Origin: Psilocybe cubensis
Taxonomy: Eukaryota
Length of the DNA stretch: 64,000 bases
Assembly (NCBI GenBank): GCA_017499595.2
Contig: CM039001.1
Span: forward strand, 2,232,001-2,296,000
Reading direction: 5' to 3'
The translations under genes and the position numbers were made by a program. How positions within the stretch are numbered: the stretch's first letter is position 1; each line of letters starts with the position of its first letter. The notes beneath the pieces are model-generated. The model ran no database searches and was not told the origin of the DNA. It saw nothing but the letters and a program-made list of their open reading frames with translations. Positions 50,101-61,916 of this stretch are shown here, piece by piece.

Positions 50101-51865
50101 TTGGACTGATTGCCAGATGTGTCATCGCAATACAGCCAGAGTGGAAGACACACTGTTCGGTGACCTTGTGCCAATTTTCTCCAGCGATTACCTGTAGCAG
50201 GATCCGTATGTGTCCAAGACACAATCTCGGGATGTTGGTCCTCTCGGATACCTATAGTTAGCAAGTTGTCAGTAAATGTTAATATTAATATAGTAGAGAA
50301 ATACATGCCAATGATGTGAGAAGGATGAGGTAGTCTATATCTGCCACAATCGCGACAAAGAGCAGGAAAATTCTTCAGTAATTGATCATCAAAAATAGTG
50401 CGTTCACGGTCCTTCCGAACAACCCATCCAACCGTTCCATTTTCTGATGTTTCCTTTTCCATGACCCACGAACACGCATACATGTGCCCGCTCTTGACAT
50501 ACCACCGATACGGAATAACACATGAGCCATCTTTTAACATAGTTGGCTCAAAAATGTAATAGTCAGCATTGTGTAACCGTATCATGGGTGTCGTTCTTTC
50601 AGGAATTATTTCGTGCAACCATTTTGCAGCTTGTCGTGCTTCTTGGATGGACTTGCCGGTGTCTTCTGGGAAAAAGCTCAGGTACGGTCGCACTTTTGGA
50701 TTGCTCATTTCCTACTTGGCACAGGTAAATAACCGAATCACAAACACAACATTTCACTAATGAACAAACCTGGGCAAGAATTTGGGATATGTTGTTCATG
50801 CTGTAATTTGTGCCACGGGTGCTTGTATATGGAATAGTATCAATGCCACACATTTTTTGAAGTGCAGAATTTAGAGTCTTCATAGTCTTGATGCTGGGGA
50901 CATTCCGAACTTCGTTCACGCGTAAAATCCACAAAAATAAATCAAGTTGTTTACGCGAAAACACAGAACGGGGCAAGTGCATCAAGATATCTAAAGAACA
51001 TGTCTAAAAGTGTGTCAGTAACAGCTTATTGGTGAGCAGAAAATAGAGTTGAACGCACAATTTTATCCTGCCATGGATACCATTCTTCCAGCTCCCTAGG
51101 ATCCAAATTTTGTGTTCGTGTACGCTTTTTGACTGAAGGACGAGCGGGGAGATCATCAGCTGTGTCATTATAATGTATTTAGTGTTGGCCAAACATGCAG
51201 CAGAAAAAGCACGCACCACTTGAGTCCGACTCCTCACTGGCTACCAAAATATCCCCTACCGGGTCATCATTTTCTTCAACACCATCTAGTAGATCAAGTA
51301 ACCACTGACATACGCCTTCACGAACACGTATACAAGGCGTAGGCTCATCTTCTTGGTCAGGATCTGTACTGCCTTGAGTTGCCTCGTACAAATTCCAGTC
51401 AAAGCCGGTAAGAGGAGAAACTGGGCCAGACTGGGTTGGAGCTTGAAGAGGAGGGGATGACGGAGTTGCATGTGAAGTTCCAGATTGAAGAGGAGGGCAG
51501 CCAAAGTGATACATAGGCTGGCGAGGATTTGACGAAGAGGAAACTAAAAGAGCTCTCAAAGCATCGTCGATGATTCTGTGGTTGGAAATGGATGCCGTGG
51601 GATTACCGCGGACTTCGTTGATTGTCGAACTAGCTGGTGTTGGCTGCCGCTGCCGGCTTAGTGCCGCAAGATGAGTGCTAGTGCGTTCATGTCCAGGGCA
51701 ATTGAATGCCTTTCTGGCGCGTGAATCGCAGCACACTTTGCAATAATAGACAGTATCACCGTTGTCGGCAGTGCTTTGAGTCCAAACTAAAACGATGTCA
51801 AGCAATGTTGAGTGAATTTCATGATGTCATAAGTCCCGCACACCTTTTGGATCAAGCTGTGACAT
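47142..51865 (-). pseudogene. CMC/EnSpm-like DDE transposase, multi-exon, one premature stop (copy 1)
   Basis: N-terminal CKVC..H..H finger; YCDDTSGN (D1), FLGDNP (D2), CRVC, EILH, FHVLLH..RRFGP..FATESFE (E); TAG at 48938-48936 in TLV*YAGSLTGRDF. Confidence 0.85.
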
Positions 51866-51989
51866 TATGGTCAGAGCTACAATTGAAATATGTTTAATGA
51901 GCGTGGTTTCAAAATGTGTTGAGCACAAGAGTTAAGTAAAATCTATTCTGTGTATTTACTTCGCTCATTCTTAAGCCACGGATTTAAAA

Positions 51990-52109
51990 TATTCCTGAGC
52001 TCAATTTTCAAATGTATTTGCATCCGTTTTGAGATTTTCTTGAGAATGATCTCAAGTTTGGTCGGAGCGTCGGAATCTTAACCAAGATCTAAACGAAGGG
52101 CCGGCCGTG
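51990..52109. repeat. Right terminal/subterminal region with TTGAGA/TCTCAA motifs
   Basis: TGAGCTCA (51996), TTTTGAGATTTTCTT (inverse of the left-end AAGAAATTCTCAAAA, 1 mismatch), TTGAGA-ATGA-TCTCAA (52040-52055). Confidence 0.6.
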
Positions 52110-53171
52110 TACACAGGTGACCCTCGGTACGAACAATATCTTGACCCGGATTTTGATCGGTGATGGTTAATATGATTTAAGAAATTCTCAAAAAACAAGG
52201 GGGCTAATCATATTGCCTTGACGTACCTTAAGGCAGGTCTAAATCATTATAACCAATTCTTGAGTGGCTTCAGCTCAAGTAGTTTGTTATTTTCCATGAA
52301 TTAAGAATATTTTAAAATCTGTAGAGAATATTCTTACGTAGATTTGCTTTGAGATTCGCTCAACATTAGTCAAATCTTATCGGATTCCATCGATTTTGAA
52401 GGATCAGAAGTTTTTTTACACATAAATATTCATTCAATGAGGTATCTACAACGTACACATACAAGGAGGCAATAATGATCAATCATACGCACCATGGTAC
52501 TTCTACTTGCACCCAACAATCCTTCCTGCCCATCTCGACTGTTCTTCTCTACTCCGGAAAACTTGAGAAAGATTGAAAGACTTGGAGTAGCGACGATGTT
52601 CACCCAATGCGAGCAAAAAGTCTGTATCTTAAATCAGTATTGAAAAGCATAGGAGCATAGTATTGCGAATAGACTTACTGCCACTTAAACTTGTCCATCT
52701 GTTTCCAAAAGACCAGTTAGCCAAGATAAGACACAAACAATGAGGAGCAGCTTACAGCGATTACTGATTGAATCTACGCATGACCCTGTATCAGTTAGCG
52801 GAGCAGAATCATGGACAATATACATGAAAAAGCTCAAGCGACCATTGTGCCATTGAACATGGTTCCCACATACGGGAAATTGCATAACTAGGGGCAATCA
52901 CAACAATCAGCTTGCATGCCAAATGCATGCCTGAACAGATTCAGGAGCTGCAGAAACAAACAAAATGAAAAAACGGCATGGAACAGCAGTGGTGGATTGA
53001 GGAGAGAGCATTTCCCGGTTGCAAAATGCGCACAAAGGTTAAGCAAACAATTACAAACGATTAGCACTGCCACATTCACCATCCAAATGTCGGTTGTCCC
53101 ATTCATAAGTTGCAAGCTTTTTGTTACATTAATTACATGATTATATAGAAAGAGTAGAATGAATAAGAACT

Positions 53172-54794
53172 TTACACCCCACTACTACCGCTGCTGCAGT
53201 TACCTCTGACCTGATAATCCGGACCACGATTATTATAAAGATATTGTTGTACTATAGAGGTTCGGGCCATAGAGCTATGTGTGTGTCGTGATGAAGACTG
53301 TTCCAGAAATGTACTGGATTGAGTTGGAAGTGAGGAGGACGTTGAATTCAGTGGTAAAGTTTGTGTTGTAAAGTCAGGGGATGAAGAACGATTGTGCACT
53401 GATCTTTGCGTAAACTCTGGAAATTGGTCGGATGTGGAACTGCTGTCGGTGATCTGCTGTCTGCTGCGTCCATTATTTTTATGCCATTCGTCATCGAGAG
53501 ACCTTGATTCATCAATATATCTATAGGTAAAAAAACATGAATTAGCACATTAAACACACACTCAAGCACAAAACTGTAAACATACTCTTTCCATGCATCC
53601 GTCGTAAAGCTCTGACCCCGCAGCTCAAAGCCCTTCTCAAACCAATCATCTGCTTGGGCCCAAAAGTCATCCCCGTTCGGAATACGACCCACCGTTTTTA
53701 GACCCTTTTGACGCTTATTACCCGTTACTGCGTGAGAGTCGTTGTCTTCGGTGTCATCTTGAAAGCTTTCTTCCTTGCCAAGAAGCTCTTTATTTTCGTA
53801 TGCAAATCTTCTCTATTGTCGTTGTTTAGTGGACATAGGAAATAGACAGTAAATTGATATCGTAATAGACTTACCAAAAGAACATTTCGTATCTGATATT
53901 CGACTTCTTGACTGCCTGACAGTGTCCCATGATGATATTTGTCTGCACATGCTTGTGTAAACCTTTTGAGGCTGCAGCGTTTGCGACCAAACAAGCTGTC
54001 ACGAATCTAAAGCAATATGTATTTTTAATATTTAGTACACATTATTGCTGAACATAAGACTCACATCTTGTCGGAATGCATTCCGAACGCTTGATGCCAC
54101 CCGTTTTGCTTCTGACCTCCAGCGTAGCTCACGAGCGGGTTTGCCGAATATATTTTGCATCGAATACTTTGAGGCATCTTTGCTAACTTCAGCCTAGATA
54201 ATAAAGGATAGAGTAAGTCCGAGTCCATACATGAATGATTATGGAGATGTACACTCACCTCAACGTCAACATGGAGAAGCTTGAAGCATGTGCGCTTGGG
54301 CATGTATATATGCTGCTGCGATAAGTGTCGAAGGTCCTCCTAGAGAGAAAATGAACCGAAGTTCACCTTAAACTGAGACATGAAACGCACCTTCTGATTT
54401 TTTGTAATTTCCCATGTTTTCTGCAGGCGGATTTGTAGCTCTTTAAATGTTCCCTTTAGATCTAGTCCTCCCAGGCTACCATTGACTGATGCAAATGCGG
54501 TGAGAATCTTCTGTTCAACGGAAAATTGACACGCAAGTGCAAATATCCCAGTCAGAGCAGAAGCGCGATCTAACGGAATCTGTTGCTCAGCTCCAAGCTG
54601 AAGTAGTGCAATAACCAATCAGAGAACTTCAATAACTCAAAAGAAATGTCTCTTACAGAGTATAAAAGGTGTAGATCATTGTGGCGTTCTGGTGTAAGCC
54701 CGAATTGAAGGCTGAGAGTATCAATAAATAGTTCAACACTATCAGGTTGTACTGGATGCTCAAAGGGTGGGGAAGCGTTTGATCCGGCTGACAT
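53172..54794 (-). CDS. Transposon-borne second gene, hypothetical protein (copy 2)
   Basis: ORF translations identical to copy 1 at +9635. Confidence 0.75.
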
Positions 54795-56776
54795 TGGATG
54801 AGCTGAACTTGACAAAGCAGTGTTTTGAGCAGGAAGATGTTGAACAAAAGCGGGAATTGCACTCACTCTGCAGTTCTTGGTTTTATCCGTTCCGACCAAA
54901 GCTGTGCAACATTTTCTTGTTGATTTCAAATAAACGGCGCGCGACGCGTCAGTAACGCGTCTGAGCGCGTTCGAACACATTTGAGCTCAGGGGAAGGGCC
55001 AAAATCAATATGTATAATGCGGAAGGGAGTGAACAACAGAAAAGAGATTCGCCCCCCAAATTTCCCATGACCAAATCGGAGTTCAAACAATTGACATCAT
55101 TGACAGACTCGGATGAGGATCTTAAGTTGTCAACACCATCCCCAACTGCTAAAAAACCTGGAAGTTGTGCTGAAGAGGGCTTAGCAGTAACCTCTAGCTA
55201 TGCACTTTTCTCAATACTGATATCACTTTTATGTAATCCTTAATTAACATTGAATTACCTAGCTATCCTGCACTAAAACAATAGAATGTAATTGACTAAT
55301 GACACAACGCGAAGGAACAAGACACAAGGCAATGGGGACGCGATGCCATTGCACAGATTGCTGGGGACGTTGTTGAAGTCCGGCTGCTGCACCCTAGGCT
55401 GTCAAGTGTGTTGAGTGTGTGTCAAATAGCGATGGCATTCAGGACCTCCGTGTGTCATTGTTGATATAAGGAGTGGCAGCCGCGGCGCATAGTCAGATAG
55501 TGGCAGGCGGGCAGATGGAGTAGTGGCAGCCGCGGCGCGTAGTCGATAAGTGGCAGCAGATGGAGTAGTGGCAGCCGCGGCGCGTAGTCGACAAGTGGCA
55601 GGTGCGTGCTGTTGTCTGTTTAGTAAAGAAACTGGTATGAAAAGTAAACAAGCGCACCTTACATATCTCCCCTTCCATGGATATTCATTGCAACCCCAGT
55701 TAGCAGCATTCTCGGTGAAGAGGCCGGTACGGGATGGGACACAACCTGCAAGAGTGCCAGGTTTGCCAGACACGTTGTGAATGTGGCAGCATTCTCAGTA
55801 AGACCTGCGTGGGTCATTGGCCGGCAGCGCGTATGCAGAGAGTGGAGAGGGGTCGTTGGCCGGAGGTGTGTAGGCAGAGAGTGGAGATGCTTCAATCCGC
55901 GTCCTCTCTCTCTGCCCGCTGCCGAATCACTCGCCGTATCACCATTCTGTGCAGTAGTGAGTTGCAGCGCTCACGCATGGCCATGTCGAGTAGCGCTGCA
56001 CAAGTCCCATCAGTATCAATGGTGACGGAGTGTGTTGCTGCTGGGCTTACCTTGACGAGCAGGACAATTAAACTTCTTGTCATCGTGGGCGGCCGAGTTT
56101 AGATGGCTGTTGAGTCCAGCCAGAGTGGTACATTTCTTCTCGCAAAGGAAACATGCGTACGCTTGTTCATTCCAGGACGCCTCCCAGGCGATGTAGCCCG
56201 TGACAGTCGACGGGCCAGCCTCAATGCGTTTGATCGAAATATTTGGGACGATACCCACCTTGTGAACTGCAGCTGTAACCTGGTGGCGCGTGACTCTGTG
56301 GCAGCCCGATTCGATGTGCAATGCAATCCCAGACGGGCTTTTAAACAGAAAGGACATTTAAAGTCGCGACCTTTATGTGCCAACGAATTCTGGTGCTATT
56401 GATCTCATAGACAAAATCCGAAAAGTTGAATATGCGCTCAAGGGGCGCAACCTCGGATGGCTCAGGGGCGTGACCTTTTACAGAACCGTCAAACATTTGC
56501 CACGCAATTGCCAGTCGCTGTCGGTTGAGTGAACGCAGTATAAGCAAACGTACGCCGACGTAGTTTATCCCAAGATGGAGGCTGACAAGAATGAAGAGTA
56601 GGATGTGTGTCGATAAAGGCGACGACACGCCGGAGGTGCATATGCAGAGAGGGGAGAGTGGGTCGCGGGGGGCCGGAGGTGCGTATGCAGAGAGTGGAGA
56701 GTGGGTTGCGGGGTGGCAAGCTGTGGTGAGAGAAAGAGAAGCAAAGCAACAGAATGGTAGCCCCAGTCACATGACT

Positions 56777-59700
56777 TTAACGACCATCTGGGTGTTGAGT
56801 TGGCGGCGGCAGATGGGGCATTGGAACCCACGACGATGATGAATTGGGAACCCAATGCTGAGGGTATGGCATCGTATACCCTTGGTACTGCTGTGGTTGT
56901 CGATTGTAATGTGGATAAGCTGTATTAGAGGGTGCTGGTGGCCAAAAGAAGTAAGGATATGGCTGGGCCTGGGAAACCACTGGCGAGGGTGGTGGCAATG
57001 ATGAAGCAGCAGTCTGTGCAGATGGAAGTGGCGAAAGGGGAGACACACTAGGAATACTAGCCTGTCGATCTTGGCCTATGTCACGATGTCGACTGTGGCC
57101 TTGCCCTTTAAGTTTATGAGCCGCTTTCTCCCTTCCTCGTGTGGCACGACCGCTGGTTGCTGCCGCCTTTCGTGTATCAATAGTACGGGAAACAGCTTCG
57201 TGTATTGTTTCCAATTTGTTAGGAATCGGTCGTGCAGGAACGCGAAATTGCTGCAGATGAATAGAATTGCGCATCTGCCCCATATTAAGAACACGGTGGT
57301 CAGGGTTGACTTTATGTTCAATGACTGGAGTTTTGATGGTTGTTGCCTTGCGCTCTTGATACACATATCGAACACCACTCGCTGTGCAGTTATATTGTGC
57401 GCAGTCATGTGGCGCGTTGACAGTGCACAAGATATTCTGTAGAAAGATGATTAGTACACAATGAAATAGTACAAGACCTTTGTATAAACTGCACATACCG
57501 AGAGAGGAAGGAATGACCAGGTATCTTCCAGAGGCATCAGAGCAGGCATTTGAAGCTTGCTGTTAACCTGGTTTGTAGACACTGACTGCAACAGTAGGCC
57601 TTCGGGATATCCATTGGCACCATTGCTTGATCCCAGCTGCAGTACGATTTCCTTAACACAGGCAACAAAGGGTGCTCGAGGTGCGCCATTGGGCTGACGT
57701 GCCTGCACTATAACGTACTGTCCTGGTTCACAATTTTCGCCGTTTTCGAGTTGAACTTGCTTGCAGGTTTGAAATGAGTGGTTTCCGAGGGCAACATTGG
57801 GAAGGAGTGTGCCAGTAAGAGTTTGCGTAAGAGGCCTGGGAGGGGTTTTATCGACTATACATCGTCCTAATATTACATGGTCAGATTAACAGTATTCATA
57901 TGCATAAATAGAACAACATACCCGATGAAAATAACGGATCGGTGGCAGCCATTAGCCCAAGATAGCTGGGAATAATTGTATCAATGGCAATAATTCTGTT
58001 CGGGCCTGGACCAATGCTTCGCCAATCTCTGGCAGTAGTATGCTGGATGTCACGATGGCGATTCTGGAGAAAGAGCCCACCACTCAGTAAATGTCGGATA
58101 CGATTGCCTTCGGCGAAAGCCATGGCGATGTCTCGCGATGGGGATTGGCGATTGCTATGAATACTTTTAGCTCGAATCACTGCATTGAATGATTCAAAAG
58201 ATTCAGTAGCAAATATGATTGCAGGACCAAACCGTCGCACATGTTCTACCAAGTGCAACAAGACGTGAAACTTCTTTTTATTAAACCAAGCACACGTCCA
58301 TTGAGCCGTACTAATCAAAAATGAATCCACTTCTTGTGCTAGAGTCTCCTAAATGTATGAACTGTTAGAATATTCTGGCAGATGTGAAAAAAGAAACTTA
58401 CTCACAAGATATTTGTCCATATCGTCAATTTTGGGCTGATAGATAAGTGGAACAAGTCTTGAAAGCGACACCCAGGCGTCAAAGACATTGGTGGGAACAA
58501 GATCGTAAATGACATGAGGTGCCACTTGCGATATCGCTTGGAAATCCCGGCCAGTGAGAGAACCAGCATACTAGACCAAGGTCTTACCACCAAGGGGTGA
58601 TATACCCAAGCCACGGACATCAAAGCTGTTGAGTCGCTGAATTAACAGCTTTTTGCCTTCATCGTTAAGCTGGTTTTGAACAAGGTCACGCCAAAAATAC
58701 TTCACAAAACCCAGCAAAACAACATGAAGTATTTCAACTGGTGTGTCTTGATGTGGATCGATTTCTAAATACCAAACATTAGTGCTGAGAAGGAGACTAT
58801 CAAAGAAACAAGTCCATACCGTCCAAATCCCAAATTGGGCTTATAATATCATCCGGTAGATTTTGTATTGCTTCATCAAGCGCAGCTTGCTTTTCCATCG
58901 GCCCCTTTTTCTTTGCGTACGACGTGAGTAACTTCTCAAGAAAGAAATCCTGGTAAGTGTCCTTGATACCGGTCTTTGTTTTCTCGGTTTTGAGCTTGGT
59001 TTTGGAGCCAATACTGGATGCTAAATTGAGATAGGACTGCAATATTTGTATAGTCTCTTGTTTGCATCGCAACCTGCCAGTCTAGCAAAGTTTTGTTAGT
59101 TGTAAATAGACCGTCAACTGAAAACAAGAAATCTTACCTCTAAAAAAGCTGTAATACGTTTGACCATTGATTCCATGCTTTCTGGCTTGCGTTTTCGACT
59201 GACTGCTACATCATCTTGATGATCAGAAGTAGCTGGACTGTGTGGTATGCTCTCGCCTCCATTTTCTGAAGCAACAGGACTGTACAATGGTGACTGATTA
59301 GAATCTGGAACATTGGACAGGTCAGAAAGATCAACATTTGTTTCACTTCCGTCCTGGCCCTTTGCCCAGCATACCCGACAGAACAGCTTGCCGCACATAC
59401 CTATATGGCAGGCAAACTCACTCTGCATTGGGTTATCACCTAAGAAAGCAAATGCTGCTGGATACGCAAGCACCACTTCGTTATATACACAGTCCCAGGC
59501 CCATATACCTGTCTCTTGAGCTGACCTAAGAGGATTTCAGCCATACTTCATACCCGCGCTGCGCAAAATATCAAAATGAGATGCTTACTTTATTTGGTTA
59601 ACAACTCCTTCCAACATTTCGAGAGGCCGTGCAACATTTGAGGTACATATGAAGTGAATATTATATTCTTTGGCCAATTGGTCACGCGGCAACCCAGCTA

Positions 59701-61500
59701 AGGTAAATAAGTAGCTGTTATGTTCGTTCCACTGCTTGGACTGATTGCCAGATGTGTCATCGCAATACAGCCAGAGTGGAAGACACACTGTTCGGTGACC
59801 TTGTGCCAATTTTCTCCAGCGATTACCTGTAGCAGGATCCGTATGTGTCCAAGACACAATCTCGGGATGTTGGTCCTCTCGGATACCTATAGTTAGCAAG
59901 TTGTCAGTAAATATTAATATTAATATAGTAGAGAAATACATGCCAATGATGTGAGAAGGATGAGGTAGTCTATATCTGCCACAATCGCGACAAAGAGCAG
60001 GAAAATTCTTCAGTAATTGATCATCAAAAATAGTGCGTTCACGGTCCTTCCGAACAACCCATCCAACCGTTCCATTTTCTGATGTTTCCTTTTCCATGAC
60101 CCACGAACACGCATACATGTGCCCGCTCTTGACATACCACCGATACGGAATAACACATGAGCCATCTTTTAACATAGTTGGCTCAAAAATGTAATAGTCA
60201 GCATTGTGTAACCGTATCATGGGTGTCGTTCTTTCAGGAATTATTTCGTGCAACCATTTTGCAGCTTGTCGTGCTTCTTGGATGGACTTGCCGGTGTCTT
60301 CTGGGAAAAAGCTCAGGTACGGTCGCACTTTTGGATTGCTCATTTCCTACTTGGCACAGGTAAATAACCGAATCACAAACACAACATTTCACTAATGAAC
60401 AAACCTGGGCAAGAATTTGGGATATGTTGTTCATGCTGTAATTTGTGCCACGGGTGCTTGTATATGGAATAGTATCAATGCCACACATTTTTTGAAGTGC
60501 AGAATTTAGAGTCTTCATAGTCTTGATGCTGGGGACATTCCGAACTTCGTTCACGCGTAAAATCCACAAAAATAAATCAAGTTGTTTACGCGAAAACACA
60601 GAACGGGGCAAGTGCATCAAGATATCTAAAGAACATGTCTAAAAGTGTGTCAGTAACAGCTTATTGGTGAGCAGAAAATAGAGTTGAACGCACAATTTTA
60701 TCCTGCCATGGATACCATTCTTCCAGCTCCCTAGGATCCAAATTTTGTGTTCGTGTACGCTTTTTGACTGAAGGACGAGCGGGGAGATCATCAGCTGTGT
60801 CATTATAATGTATTTAGTGTTGGCCAAACATGCAGCAGAAAAAGCACGCACCACTTGAGTCCGACTCCTCACTGGCTACCAAAATATCCCCTACCGGGTC
60901 ATCATTTTCTTCAACACCATCTAGTAGATCAAGTAACCACTGACATACGCCTTCACGAACACGTATACAAGGCGTAGGCTCATCTTCTTGGTCAGGATCT
61001 GTACTGCCTTGAGTTGCCTCGTACAAATTCCAGTCAAAGCCGGTAAGAGGAGAAACTGGGCCAGACTGGGTTGGAGCTTGAAGAGGAGGGGATGACGGAG
61101 TTGCATGTGAAGTTCCAGATTGAAGAGGAGGGCAGCCAAAGTGATACATAGGCTGGCGAGGATTTGACGAAGAGGAAACTAAAAGAGCTCTCAAAGCATC
61201 GTCGATGATTCTGTGGTTGGAAATGGATGCCGTGGGATTACCGCGGACTTCGTTGATTGTCGAACTAGCTGGTGTTGGCTGCCGCTGCCGGCTTAGTGCC
61301 GCAAGATGAGTGCTAGTGCGTTCATGTCCAGGGCAATTGAATGCCTTTCTGGCGCGTGAATCGCAGCACACTTTGCAATAATAGACAGTATCACCGTTGT
61401 CGGCAGTGCTTTGAGTCCAAACTAAAACGATGTCAAGCAATGTTGAGTGAATTTCATGATGTCATAAGTCCCGCACACCTTTTGGATCAAGCTGTGACAT
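56777..61500 (-). pseudogene. CMC/EnSpm-like DDE transposase with the same premature stop (copy 2)
   Basis: Same motifs; TAG at 58573-58571. Confidence 0.85.
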
Positions 61501-61799
61501 TATGGTCAGAGCTACAATTGAAATATGTTTAATGAGCGTGGTTTCAAAATGTGTTGAGCACAAGAGTTAAGTAAAATCTATTCTGTGTATTTACTTCGCT
61601 CATTCTTAAGCCACGGATTTAAAATATTCCTGAGCTCAATTTTCAAATGTATTTGCATCCGTTTTGAGATTTTCTTGAGAATGATCTCAAGTTTGGTCGG
61701 AGCGTCGGAATCTTAACCAAGATCTAAACGAAGGGCCGGCCGTGTAGCAAGCAAGTTAATATTTCAATCGGAGTTCTAAAATGCTGTGATGCGTCACAA

Positions 61800-61815
61800 A
61801 CGCGTCAGGACGCGT
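61800..61815. promoter_or_regulatory. Paired MCB (ACGCGT) elements upstream of CDT1
   Basis: ACGCGT at 61800-05 and 61810-15, about 100 bp upstream of the ATG; cdt1 is an MBF target in fission yeast. Confidence 0.6.
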
Positions 61816-61916
61816 CTCGTGTCACGTTTCTGAACTAGGACGACAACCTTGTTCCTCTTTCCCCTCTTCTCTCCTGCGACACCCTTTCCTCATACCAATT
61901 GTAACCATTATCTATA

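Larger units (their letters stand above)
42477..52109 (-). mobile_element. CMC/EnSpm(CACTA)-like DNA transposon, copy 1 (9,633 bp)
   Basis: Begins CACAGGTGACCCT, ends AGGGCCGGCCGTG (imperfect TIR, 9/13). Flanked by TA at 42475-6 and 52110-1; boundaries defined by the duplication junction; encodes a DDE transposase. Confidence 0.88.
52112..61744 (-). mobile_element. CMC/EnSpm(CACTA)-like DNA transposon, copy 2 (tandem, same orientation)
   Basis: All ORFs recur at +9635; same termini; followed by TA at 61745-6. Confidence 0.88.

Noticed and set aside
42477-61744. LTR retrotransposon or Helitron interpretation of the long direct repeat
   Set aside because: No RT, integrase or Rep/helicase motifs; the repeat unit is the whole element, with CAC..GTG ends and a DDE transposase
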